From a virus (taxonomy: Duplodnaviria; Caudoviricetes), in the IMG/VR virus record IMGVR_UViG_3300047561_000672, positions 2,635 through 66,634 of that record: a stretch of 64,000 nt of DNA; one strand, 5' to 3'. The first letter of the stretch is position 1. The number at the start of each line of letters is the position of its first letter. The notes below the pieces were generated by a model. The model did no database searches. It had not been told where the DNA came from and saw only the letters and a program-made list of their open reading frames with translations. Below, piece by piece: positions 45,301 through 54,225 of this stretch. Both the position numbers and the translations under genes were made by a program.

Positions 45301-48300
45301 CGTTTCGACTCTAGAACAACTTGGAGTGATGGAGCAATATGGTGGTGTTGGGGGTATTGCTGGAACAACTAAAGCTGATACATCGAGAAATAAAGCTCGT
45401 GAATTGCAGCGCAATGGAAAACTTAGAACTGATTTAGATTCTGACGCTCTTTATGCACTAGCCAATGTTCAAGAATTTGTATCACAAACATTTTCAGCTA
45501 CCACTTTCAGGGATCTGCTCAAGACACTCAAGGCTCCCGATGGCAAGCGTAGCATGTGGAGCGCGTTTGTTGATGCTATCAAGCAAATACTCGGTCTGCC
45601 TGATGGCACAATGGCCGCTGCTGTCATTGAGGCTTCGTATGATATTGGAATGGAGGTTGCTGGCAATCGCCAGAACAGAGTCGCGAGGCAAAGTGGTGAC
45701 CAAGCACAACAAGCTCAAGCTGCTATTAAGCTAGATGCTGACTACCTAGCAGCAGTCGAACGTGGAGACATGGAGACGGCGCAGAAGATGGTGGATGCCG
45801 AACAACTCGGGGTTGATCTTCCTATTCCTCTCAACCTCCCTAAATACTCAAGCGAGGCATATAAAGCGCATTGGGCTAAATACACGGGAAGCGAAACATC
45901 CAAGGCATCTCCAGAACAAGTTTCGGCCATGAATAGCGTTCCGTTTGCACTTGGGGAAGACTACGGCCTTCCTATTTTTCTTAATAGCGGACCAAGGGAC
46001 AAGCCTAACAATACAATTTACGAAGACGGCGGAAGCCTGCACAGGCGTTTTACTATCGGAGATTCTGTTGTGTCGGTTATGATTGGGAAAGACAACTCAA
46101 TCCATTTTTCGGTTGATGGAAGTCTTGGGGCATCTACAGGAATCGGGGCGTTTCGCACTATGAACGCGCTGATCCCTCACTTAAAACAGATTCTCCGAAT
46201 CCACGCCAGAAAGAATCCCAGCGTCGAGTATTCTTTTTACGGAAATAACCCGCGCAAACTCGCCTTATTTGATAGATATGTGAAACGCGCTGGTCTCGAA
46301 AAGGTTGGTCAAAATGGATTTAGAGTATCTAACGAAGAAGCAAAATCCGCCGATCCCGTCACCTACGACGAGCAAGGCAACATCATCCCGCTGAGTGAGC
46401 GATTCAATCCAGAAGAGACGAATATCGATTACGCTCCGATGCCAGAGGTTGATTTAGAAGCGTATCAACCAAAAACACCAGAAGAGCAAAAAGCATTTGA
46501 TAAGGCGTCATCCAATAAAGTGATGGCCCGCAATCCTGAACTGGCTGTAGCGGCAGTCAGAATGAAGAACGGAGAGATTACTGCTGGTGAGTACGCCGAC
46601 TTGGTGGATGCACTTGATCCATTTGTTGTTAAGGGAGTGGATGCAATTCCAGAAATTAGTAAAATCAAACAATATATCGATAAGGCCAAGGTTACTTTAG
46701 TTGGAAACCTAATAAAAGCTGGAAAACTTGTTGAGTTTCGGATTGATATACCAACCTACAATAGATCTACGGCTAGTGGAGATACTGTATATGCGGTAAC
46801 CGCCCATGAGCCAGTGGGAGAAAATGCAAGACAAGTTGGAAAAGCTATTTCTTATGTCGGTGTAGCTAAAGTTACGAATCCAACATTTATGACCAGAGCA
46901 ATCTCTGGCAAGGGATCGGCTGCTGAAATTGCCATGGGTAGCGGTAAGTTCCCACTTGCAACTGTCAAGGGAAACTACGAGCCAATTACCCAACTCCCCC
47001 CCGATATCAACGATCCCAATGTGTGGACTGAGGTTGGATACAATCCAGTGCGTTCCAGTGCTTTTGTGGACACACGCAGCAAACAAGCTGTAGTTGGCGG
47101 GAGTGAGGCAATCATGGTGGGATCTCGCGTCTTTGTTAAGGATGCTGTTATGCAGTCAAGGCCAAGAGGTGTGACGTATGGTGCTGACTACGCTCCGCAA
47201 CCTGACATCGTAAGGCAAGAGACGGAAGCCGAGCGCAATACCATCGATGCCATGGGGGAAGTACTACAGAACGCCGACTCCTATTCCTATAGCATTAAGG
47301 GCAAGAAAGACATAATGCCCATGGAGGACATTATCGGGGATTGGTTTGAAACCACTGGAGGCGTCAATGATTTGCGCGATTCTATTGTCCTCAATACTCA
47401 TCTAGACTTTACTGCCGCATCCACATTTGCCGATGCCATCTTCAACCAGTACAACATTCAGAAGGCATTGATCGACCTTCGCCAAGAAGTGGAGGCTAGG
47501 AAGGTTTCCCAACCTAGCGGAGAAACCCGCCCGTACAGCTTTGTTGAGACAGCAGCAGCGGAAATCCCCAAGGGGGACAAGAGCAAGATTCAGAAGGTGT
47601 ACGATGTGTTGAGCAACAATGTAAGCTCATCGGAGGCTACTGAAGCTCTCAATGCCCTAACGCTTGATGAGGCTATTAGTGCCGTCAAGGACATGGCCAA
47701 TGGTATCAAGTCGGGCGTCCGCACCATGATGGCTCAGATAACCTACAAGAGGTTGATGGAGGAGCGTCAGAAGATATCCCAAGAACAAGGCAATCGATCA
47801 CAGGACTACGTAGACATCAGAGAAAAACATATCGATCTGTTTGATTGGATCAGTGACTACGCCAAGGACTTGGGTCAAGGTGTTCAGGCATTTGCTAGGT
47901 TTGCTGACCTCGGACCCGATGGCATCCTTCGCCACTACGAGAAGACGCTGAAGAAGATCGTCAAGACCGCAACACAGAAGTATACCAAAACAATTAATAA
48001 ACTGCAAAAGGCTATATCCGATGGAGATATGGCTTCGTTCAACGAGGCTTTGACTCGGAACAAACAGGGGATTTCCAACATGGCCGAGAAGATGGGCAAG
48101 GTAGAAGCCAAGGCAATGACCATCGAAGAGGAGGGGCAGAAGATTGCACAACGTGTAGCAAGAACCATCATGCGGGATAAACCCGTAAAACAAACCTCTC
48201 CTCTTTCAGACCTAGTCAACTCCCACATCCGCAACTACGATCCCGACTTTGCCACTAAAGCCCAAGCAATGGGGGTTAAGCAGGAGAATATAGCCACCAT

Positions 48301-51256
48301 CGAAGCTGCTGCCGTGAAGGTTAGGGATCAACGTGCAGCGGCAAAGAGCGAGCGCGAAAGGTTTACGGCCAACCAACAGGCATTCAGGAGTGCGTCCATC
48401 GCCTTAGCCCGTGAGAACAAGTATCTCTACGGAGAGCGTCCGACAATCTGGGAGAATTACCAGACCATGTTCTCGGAGAGGTTTGCTAAAGCCCTGATGC
48501 GGGATTCAAGCAAGAAGCCTCCAGCCTCGCTAATGGTATTCACCAACAGGCTTACACAGAATCTGATTGGATTTATCCCAGAGACAGAGCGGGCTACATC
48601 CACACCCCAGTCCATTCAGTCATTTATTGAGGATGCTCTCAACAACAAGGAGAAGTATCAACAGGCGTTTGCCCAAGCAAAGCGTGATATCTCAATGAAG
48701 GTTGCTGACCTTGAGGAGAAGGCTAGTACCACTGAGGCTGCTACCGATGCATACTTGGAGGCAGTTGCTGCCAAAGAATTCATGGACGAACTTGCTCCAC
48801 AGATCAAAGACTTCCCAGTAAGCCCGAAGACCATTGATAGGTTTGTCAACCAACGGGCGAAGCAGTTGGAGATATCCCTAACCGAAGAATTCAATAGTTG
48901 GTACAAAGCATCCAAGCAGGGAAGGGTTGATATCGAACAGTCGATCAAAAACAGATTGTTGCAAGGAAGGACAGGGGTAACCAATGAAATGGACGTAATG
49001 CCTCTTAATATTCCAGAGGCCGATGTTGCAAAACTTGCCCGATATATTGTATCTGACTTTAAACAAAAGGCTGAAGAACGCCGCAAGAAAGCACTCCAAC
49101 GCTTTAAGACACCCAAGAAAACAGTGGAGGGAGAAGTAGAAGCGCAAACCAAACTTGAGAAGTTGCTTGAGTTGATCAATATGGGCGTCATCACCGATGA
49201 GGAAGCCTATGGTATTATAGCGGATAAGTACAAACTTCCGCAGTACAGCAAGAGGTTTGCCGATGAGTTGTATAGGGCAGCAGAAGAGTTGCAAGGCATG
49301 CCCGATCAGTTGAGGAAGAAACTCAAGACCCGCGACCTCATGGCAATGATTACCAAGGAGAAGGGGTTCTCGGCATCTGAACTTGGCACTGGATTCATCT
49401 ACGCAAATATGCTCTCCAGCCCCGACACGCATATCGTCAACATCATCGATACTCTGATCAACAACTTCGCCAATGGCATTGTAGATGTCATCGCTACGGG
49501 AGATACCGCTCGCCTGCAAGGTATCCTCAAAGGATATAAGAAGGGATGGGTTCAGGCCATCGATACATTCAAGACTGGTTTGCGTATTGGTATGCCCGGT
49601 TTTGAAGCTCAAGACCTTCAGGTGCTGGAGACCAATCAGTTTGGTGTTAAGGGTGGGGTCCATATGTCGGAGTTTGGAGTGGCCAACCAAATCACCAAAG
49701 CCATCCTTGAGTCCAAGCCAGCGGGTATACTCAACTACGCGAAGTATGTTGGACGTTTACTTGAGGCGCAGGATGCCGCCAACTTTGCCGCCTCACAGGA
49801 AGGACAGCGTTATGCCGAAGCCGCATTCAGGGTTGATCAAGCGGCAAAAATTGCTGGCACATCTCTTACTAAGAAGGAACGCAAAATCAATATTTCTGTA
49901 ATGCTCAACTCAAGTGATGATGCTCTCATCAAAGCCCGCCAACAAGCCATAGTCGAAGGATACACTGGTACTGATGCTGAGTATCGCGCCATTGAGATTA
50001 CGGAAGAAAATATATCACCAGAGATTAAAGACAAGGGTTTTGAACGTGCATTGAAAGATGTGTACAGGCAGAAACCCATGGGTACCGCTGGAGCCTTGGC
50101 CGACACTTTCTTCAACTTCATCAACCAGAGGGTGGAAAGCCCGCTTGCCCGTTCAGCAATCAAGCTCATTGTTTCTCCGTTCGTTGTAACCCCAGTCAAT
50201 ATCTTCAACAAGTGGCTGGACTGGTCGCCCTATGGATTCAAACGTGCATTCTATGGAAGTGGCAACTGGATGAGCGAGAAGTACAAGGTGGAAGCCTATG
50301 AGAAGGGAAGCATTGAGCGCAGGGTTCAGATGCTCAAGGCAAGTTCATCTGTTCTCGTCATGGGTGTTGTTGCGGCCTTGGTTCAGGCTGGTGCAATTGC
50401 TCTCACTGGCCGTGGACCCAACGATGAAGAGGAACGCAAGGACTGGTTGGCACGAGGAAACAAACCATACAGGGTCAATGTTGGTGGTGTGGACTTCAAC
50501 TTCACACTCACCCCTTGGGCTATTCCGCTTTCCCTTATGGCCAATTACATGAATTGGAAGAAGTACAACATGGGTAGTGATGCTGGTGCTATGGAGCGTT
50601 TGGTTGTAGCTACAATGATGGTGCCATCCATTACGATGGAACTCCCATTCATGTCTGGAGTTGCAGATCTGTTTGACTTATTGAACCCTCGCTCCTCTGC
50701 CTCTGCTGAGAAGAGGTTTGAAAAGTTTGTTGGTGGCAAGGTTGGAATGTTCTATCCCAATGCTTTCCGATACATTGATCGGCTATTTGATCCCGCTGTT
50801 TATAAGAGCAATGGGATCAGGGCCATGTTCATTGACCAGACTCCGTTTGTCCGCAGGTCTGGAGGTAAACTGCTCAATCTGTTTGGAGATCAGATCGGTG
50901 AAGGAAAGTCTATGATTGAACGATTCTCTGGGCGGGTTGTTTCATTCCCGAAGCCATCAAAAGAGAGTTTGCTGCTTGAGAAGTTTGACGCCTACCCCTA
51001 CATCGAATCCCCAAACAAAGAGTCGGTGGTTACCCGTGATAAGGATGGTGCGCCCGTCAAGATTCAGATGACTCAGGAGCAGTATGAGAAGTTTGCCGTA
51101 GGAGTTGGCCAACAATTCAAACAGTATATCTTATCCAACTACGACATGAACAAGGAGTACTCGGAGAAAGAAAAAGAATACATCAAGAAGAACATCTTGA
51201 AGACCTATGGTGATCTTCGGAAGACTTGGCGCAGGAAGATCGGATCGCAGGAGTAG
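42329..51256 (+). CDS. giant polyvalent / DNA-ejection protein (~2975 aa)
   Basis: N-terminal WLAPY repeats, G-rich hydrophobic helices, HESAH zincin domain, DADYLAAVERGDMETAQKMVD and SADPVTYDEQGNIIPLSERFN motifs, long helical C-terminus; ORF track starts at TTG 42299. Confidence 0.75.
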   Translation: MANEWWRPDWLEKVAPSSDAKKYVLLEQQQAKQPTIDGEDWLAPYREEERRRKAESTIDQPSTQAISSDTPSDQWLAPYKEEEKRRRTEEAKRFEIPTQQPVEQPPESSGFLRQAADIPTNIGLGITSGLKNLTDLLGAENPLSQSLAGNEKFYSALLSAEAKQDQQTIAEIMKEAEGKGILPQIAAGVQAAAVAPVDLLSNALGSMAPIIVGGLAGRFAGVARAAQLGLKAEQAASVVAGGIKTGQLVTGMGMGAGNIKSQIYDSVKTAMVDSGKTEEEAQKIATDAQAYNGKNLPQILLGAGLGALDAWTGSERIIGKVMAKSGLAPEASRIASVIKSGFTEAVPEAAQAAQERIAANTALQNEGVNVDLTKGVFSQAAMEGLIGMGMGGVTAAIEPRVEPTEDQKKAAASDTKDIARESQSVTPATSSLVEAQANTILSTPREQPNADLQTQLDQLLKQEKAIKDLAAGVIPTEKTPTTTPAQDPLARIEERQGKPVEPAPVAQGTRIEAAAFMAPDNTVYYGKDHLEAMGKALEAGKITQEEIDAKQEPASRETKEFGFSTEADPFIGRSQAEVVATGSGQMLVEKPASGLLHSNEVAQDAFPQQKVEAEQPPVAEPVNGIQPTTATVPTTEQQVPAQPAVAPEARPVVATETLNQRGKQANKILINAGVDPETAAYVAQQYQDEAGEMGAEEWRSFVFAKFEENGGVIPAQMRYSEDPEYYQLAFNSSPQETATMLENAKAENARMAQSELEQNKQWRRKDGKQTTKAEQGIAPVKPEAQGAVVATGEKPPSPAITAGGIPVAAAVKAAVTPPVATTVAPSPTTAEVNAIVAKAQKERAANTLQTGILSLKPKFTIGKTVRAALKFASRLNFSRTTEKQSKMQDIAAILAKSGFPALDNEDIVSLASRNRRGRAIRFFEGDIGVPSTKSITLNTLVHESAHSITADQIRKYAPRGIGDGKAYIDSIRGAIADKATPEPVARLFSLYVSTLEQLGVMEQYGGVGGIAGTTKADTSRNKARELQRNGKLRTDLDSDALYALANVQEFVSQTFSATTFRDLLKTLKAPDGKRSMWSAFVDAIKQILGLPDGTMAAAVIEASYDIGMEVAGNRQNRVARQSGDQAQQAQAAIKLDADYLAAVERGDMETAQKMVDAEQLGVDLPIPLNLPKYSSEAYKAHWAKYTGSETSKASPEQVSAMNSVPFALGEDYGLPIFLNSGPRDKPNNTIYEDGGSLHRRFTIGDSVVSVMIGKDNSIHFSVDGSLGASTGIGAFRTMNALIPHLKQILRIHARKNPSVEYSFYGNNPRKLALFDRYVKRAGLEKVGQNGFRVSNEEAKSADPVTYDEQGNIIPLSERFNPEETNIDYAPMPEVDLEAYQPKTPEEQKAFDKASSNKVMARNPELAVAAVRMKNGEITAGEYADLVDALDPFVVKGVDAIPEISKIKQYIDKAKVTLVGNLIKAGKLVEFRIDIPTYNRSTASGDTVYAVTAHEPVGENARQVGKAISYVGVAKVTNPTFMTRAISGKGSAAEIAMGSGKFPLATVKGNYEPITQLPPDINDPNVWTEVGYNPVRSSAFVDTRSKQAVVGGSEAIMVGSRVFVKDAVMQSRPRGVTYGADYAPQPDIVRQETEAERNTIDAMGEVLQNADSYSYSIKGKKDIMPMEDIIGDWFETTGGVNDLRDSIVLNTHLDFTAASTFADAIFNQYNIQKALIDLRQEVEARKVSQPSGETRPYSFVETAAAEIPKGDKSKIQKVYDVLSNNVSSSEATEALNALTLDEAISAVKDMANGIKSGVRTMMAQITYKRLMEERQKISQEQGNRSQDYVDIREKHIDLFDWISDYAKDLGQGVQAFARFADLGPDGILRHYEKTLKKIVKTATQKYTKTINKLQKAISDGDMASFNEALTRNKQGISNMAEKMGKVEAKAMTIEEEGQKIAQRVARTIMRDKPVKQTSPLSDLVNSHIRNYDPDFATKAQAMGVKQENIATIEAAAVKVRDQRAAAKSERERFTANQQAFRSASIALARENKYLYGERPTIWENYQTMFSERFAKALMRDSSKKPPASLMVFTNRLTQNLIGFIPETERATSTPQSIQSFIEDALNNKEKYQQAFAQAKRDISMKVADLEEKASTTEAATDAYLEAVAAKEFMDELAPQIKDFPVSPKTIDRFVNQRAKQLEISLTEEFNSWYKASKQGRVDIEQSIKNRLLQGRTGVTNEMDVMPLNIPEADVAKLARYIVSDFKQKAEERRKKALQRFKTPKKTVEGEVEAQTKLEKLLELINMGVITDEEAYGIIADKYKLPQYSKRFADELYRAAEELQGMPDQLRKKLKTRDLMAMITKEKGFSASELGTGFIYANMLSSPDTHIVNIIDTLINNFANGIVDVIATGDTARLQGILKGYKKGWVQAIDTFKTGLRIGMPGFEAQDLQVLETNQFGVKGGVHMSEFGVANQITKAILESKPAGILNYAKYVGRLLEAQDAANFAASQEGQRYAEAAFRVDQAAKIAGTSLTKKERKINISVMLNSSDDALIKARQQAIVEGYTGTDAEYRAIEITEENISPEIKDKGFERALKDVYRQKPMGTAGALADTFFNFINQRVESPLARSAIKLIVSPFVVTPVNIFNKWLDWSPYGFKRAFYGSGNWMSEKYKVEAYEKGSIERRVQMLKASSSVLVMGVVAALVQAGAIALTGRGPNDEEERKDWLARGNKPYRVNVGGVDFNFTLTPWAIPLSLMANYMNWKKYNMGSDAGAMERLVVATMMVPSITMELPFMSGVADLFDLLNPRSSASAEKRFEKFVGGKVGMFYPNAFRYIDRLFDPAVYKSNGIRAMFIDQTPFVRRSGGKLLNLFGDQIGEGKSMIERFSGRVVSFPKPSKESLLLEKFDAYPYIESPNKESVVTRDKDGAPVKIQMTQEQYEKFAVGVGQQFKQYILSNYDMNKEYSEKEKEYIKKNILKTYGDLRKTWRRKIGSQE

Positions 51257-51257
51257 G

Positions 51258-51920
51258 CTAGTCGTAGTAGGTGCCGCCATTGACGGCCAACCACTGGTCA
51301 GCTAAAGCCCTGTTGTGGAGATTGGCTGGGCGGGATTCACGGTCTTGCTCCCAAGGGCTTGAGTGCCACTCGTGGTAGAAGCAGTTGTGGATCTCCAACC
51401 CGCCCGATGACTTTATGATCCTTCTCATAACCATGTCCCAAGCCTCGCGACCAAGTACCATATCAGGAAACTTATCTCCATTGGTAGCCCACCAATCCTT
51501 GGTAAAAGCAAAGAAGTCAGTGCCTATGTGCTTTCGGCCCGATGCAATGGATTCACATGAGGCATTGGGGTGGTCCACCCTCACAACAAAATCCATTCTA
51601 TTGGAGTAGACAGCTTTGAAATTGGAGCACCCATAGACAATCCTTTTAGTGGAGTTCTTTGCTACGCAGATATCCGAGTTGATAAGGGCAACGTAATCAC
51701 CGTCAGAACATAGCTCCAATCCCGTCTCAACCATATCCCTGACATAGGGTAGATCTCCGTCCCCAATGTCGTATGCTGTTCTGGGTGGGATGAAGTCGCA
51801 CTTAACCCACATTCCCCCACTCTCTTTGTTCTCAAGCTCAATGCTCCTTTGTGCTAGAGCTACCCTGCGGGCGGTCTCCTCATCCAGATCAGACCCACAG
51901 GATGTGACGTAAACAATCAT
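51258..51920 (-). CDS. GT-A-like glycosyltransferase
   Basis: LPYVRDM, ALINSDI, GTDFFAF...W, PDMVLGREAWD. Confidence 0.55.
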   Translation of the reverse strand: MIVYVTSCGSDLDEETARRVALAQRSIELENKESGGMWVKCDFIPPRTAYDIGDGDLPYVRDMVETGLELCSDGDYVALINSDICVAKNSTKRIVYGCSNFKAVYSNRMDFVVRVDHPNASCESIASGRKHIGTDFFAFTKDWWATNGDKFPDMVLGREAWDMVMRRIIKSSGGLEIHNCFYHEWHSSPWEQDRESRPANLHNRALADQWLAVNGGTYYD

Positions 51921-52498
51921 TTCCTTTTAAAGATCCAACATCCCTCGCTTACTTCAAAATTGCCCCCACCGAAATAATCGTTGATGGCTTTGACAAGATC
52001 GGGCCAGCCCGTCTCATTGTAATCATGGCCAGCCAGATGGCACCCAACACCCACCTTTGGCAACCATGCGTTGATGTCTTTAACAACACTGTCGTAGTCA
52101 TGGGCTGCATCCAAGAACACAAAGTCTAGAGAGTTGTCATCGTAAAGTTGCGCGGCATCCCAAGATATCGCTTTGATTGGATTGATTACACTGGCTACAG
52201 GCTGAGTATTTCTTACAAACTCATTGTATAGCCATTGTGGATCGTCAACCAACCGCTTGTTGAAGAATGGATGGGACGGATCAAGATGTTCCGAAGATCC
52301 AGCAAACGTATCAACACAATCCAGTGTAATATTCTTCCCAGAGTTGATAATCTCAACCCCCATAAAGGCAACACTGCGCCCCTTCCAAACCCCCACCTCA
52401 ACAAAACGGGCCGTCATCGGGGCATTGTCAACCATCCGTTTGTACAAGAACGGGTAGCTAAACCAGTCCTCACCAATTGATTGATAGAAGTGGTCCAT
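51917..52498 (-). CDS. class I SAM methyltransferase (Methyltransf_24-like)
   Basis: FVEVGVWKGRS, CVDTF, DFVFLDAAHDY, LAGHDY. Confidence 0.85.
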   Translation of the reverse strand: MDHFYQSIGEDWFSYPFLYKRMVDNAPMTARFVEVGVWKGRSVAFMGVEIINSGKNITLDCVDTFAGSSEHLDPSHPFFNKRLVDDPQWLYNEFVRNTQPVASVINPIKAISWDAAQLYDDNSLDFVFLDAAHDYDSVVKDINAWLPKVGVGCHLAGHDYNETGWPDLVKAINDYFGGGNFEVSEGCWIFKRK

Positions 52499-52502
52499 AG
52501 CG

Positions 52503-53147
52503 TTAAATCAAACCAAGTCTTTTTGCTTCGTCAAGCTCTTCTCTCTTCCATTGCTGTACATAAAAGCAATCACTGCCCCAAGGGATGGGCCTCATCCTAT
52601 CCACACCAAATGAGAATCTACCACATTTATCTGGATACATCTGTTCAAGTTTCACAAACTTGTCTTCTGTCAAAAAGTCCTTGTCGTTGGGCATGTTTAA
52701 ATAATTAATAAGGAAATCAATTATAAAGTCATTGCGTAAAAGGAACGTAGACTGAGCGCATGACATCGATGGCTCGCTTTGCATTTGTGCTCCAAACAAA
52801 AGAGATTTGTTTTCTCCTTCCTTGTAGAGTTGTTCTGGGACATTGCCAAACCATAGGCAGTCCGACTCTTTGTAGATCAAGTCCTTGCCGCAATTGTAAG
52901 CCACCATGGCCAGAGCGCAAACAGAGGCAGACCACCCACCAAGCCCGCCCCTATTGGCGTTCATCAAGTCACCAACGTGACCAAGGTTGTGGTCGCAATA
53001 GATTTGATTTTTAACTGGAAGCCTGCGATTGGTTGAAACGATGTAGTAGTCCTCTGTGTATTTCTCTGTATTGGCCTTCCAAATATCAAAGAATTCTCGG
53101 TACCAACTATTCTTTTCGTGGTATCCAGATCCAACTATATAGTTCAC
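52503..53147 (-). CDS. GT-A-like glycosyltransferase
   Basis: LIYKESDCLWFG DxD-like motif, CAQSTFLL. Confidence 0.5.
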   Translation of the reverse strand: MNYIVGSGYHEKNSWYREFFDIWKANTEKYTEDYYIVSTNRRLPVKNQIYCDHNLGHVGDLMNANRGGLGGWSASVCALAMVAYNCGKDLIYKESDCLWFGNVPEQLYKEGENKSLLFGAQMQSEPSMSCAQSTFLLRNDFIIDFLINYLNMPNDKDFLTEDKFVKLEQMYPDKCGRFSFGVDRMRPIPWGSDCFYVQQWKREELDEAKRLGLI

Positions 53148-53671
53148 TTGGTTGCTTCCATCACGATTGTCTCAAGGGCATTAACGTAATGACCGATGAC
53201 ATTGCCGTGGCCCTCCACTCCTTGCAAATCTGGATGGGCTGAAGATCCAACCTCCATTGACTCCATAGATTTAAACCCCGCAGCAAACAACATAGCTTTT
53301 AGAATCTCTTTGTTCCAGCAACTCAAATGTTCGTGGTTTAACACAATGGTCCTAACCGCACTGATAAGGGTTGGCTCACCGAATCCAGATCCCCCAAGCC
53401 AATCAAGGTACTGTTGGTCGGCCTTTGCGTATATCTCGGTGATCGACGGGACGGCAATCCTAACCACCCCGCCAGTTTTAAGGATGCGATAGCACTCATC
53501 AAAGAAGCGCAATGCTGTCGGGCTATCAGTATGCTCAACAACGTGTTCAGCAAATATAAAATCAATCGAGTCGTTGTCGTATGGAAGTGGTTGGGTAATA
53601 TCCACATCAATGTCATGGTTCTCCCATCCATTGATAATGTTACCACCACATCCAAGGTTTAATTTTCTCAT
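53144..53671 (-). CDS. class I SAM methyltransferase (Methyltransf_11-like)
   Basis: KLNLGCG, LPY...SIDFIFAEHVVEH, ECYRILKTGGVVRIAVP. Confidence 0.85.
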   Translation of the reverse strand: MRKLNLGCGGNIINGWENHDIDVDITQPLPYDNDSIDFIFAEHVVEHTDSPTALRFFDECYRILKTGGVVRIAVPSITEIYAKADQQYLDWLGGSGFGEPTLISAVRTIVLNHEHLSCWNKEILKAMLFAAGFKSMESMEVGSSAHPDLQGVEGHGNVIGHYVNALETIVMEATK

Positions 53672-54225
53672 TGTAACCCTCTAGAATATACTCGGATATA
53701 CCCCTCGTACTCAGCTTTGAATCCATTGTCCAGAAGGAATGGAATAACAAGCCCAGTCTTCCCTCCATCGGTATCGTTCCAATCATCCATAGCAACCACA
53801 CACTTTTCTGAAAGTCCGCCCCAAGCAGCACCTAATTCACCCATGGCATGGCGTTGGCACTGGAGAGGATTCTCTGGGTTGTAGTCAAATGAGTCGAGGT
53901 AAAGAACGCCAATACCATAGAATTGGCGAAGCACCGCAAGCGAGTCGGAAGTAACAACATCTCCCTTGAACCCTATCTCTTCCAATGCCTGCTTGGCCCT
54001 AGCCACATGGGCTTCTGTGATATCAACACTGGTAAAGTCTTTTGAAGTCTCATTTGCCAGCGAGGCGAGGATCACAGTAGATGCTCCATCGGGCGAGTCT
54101 GGCCAAGTGCGGATACACCCAGTCTCAACGATATGCAACCCATTGGTAAGAGGTGCAAGTTCAGCTATCTTTAGGAAGCCAGCCTCCCTCATCTCCCCTG
54201 CGTATTTTTTAATTGTCTCACTCAT
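53668..54225 (-). CDS. class I SAM methyltransferase (Methyltransf_24-like)
   Basis: IVETGCIR, TSVDI, DSL, LYLDSFD, VAMDD. Confidence 0.75.
   Translation of the reverse strand: MSETIKKYAGEMREAGFLKIAELAPLTNGLHIVETGCIRTWPDSPDGASTVILASLANETSKDFTSVDITEAHVARAKQALEEIGFKGDVVTSDSLAVLRQFYGIGVLYLDSFDYNPENPLQCQRHAMGELGAAWGGLSEKCVVAMDDWNDTDGGKTGLVIPFLLDNGFKAEYEGYIRVYSRGLQ

Noticed and set aside
48658-49690. Long antisense ORFs (178 and 270 aa) inside the giant gene, and similar ones inside portal, TerL and scaffold
   Set aside because: Fully nested antisense shadows with no recognisable motifs or start context
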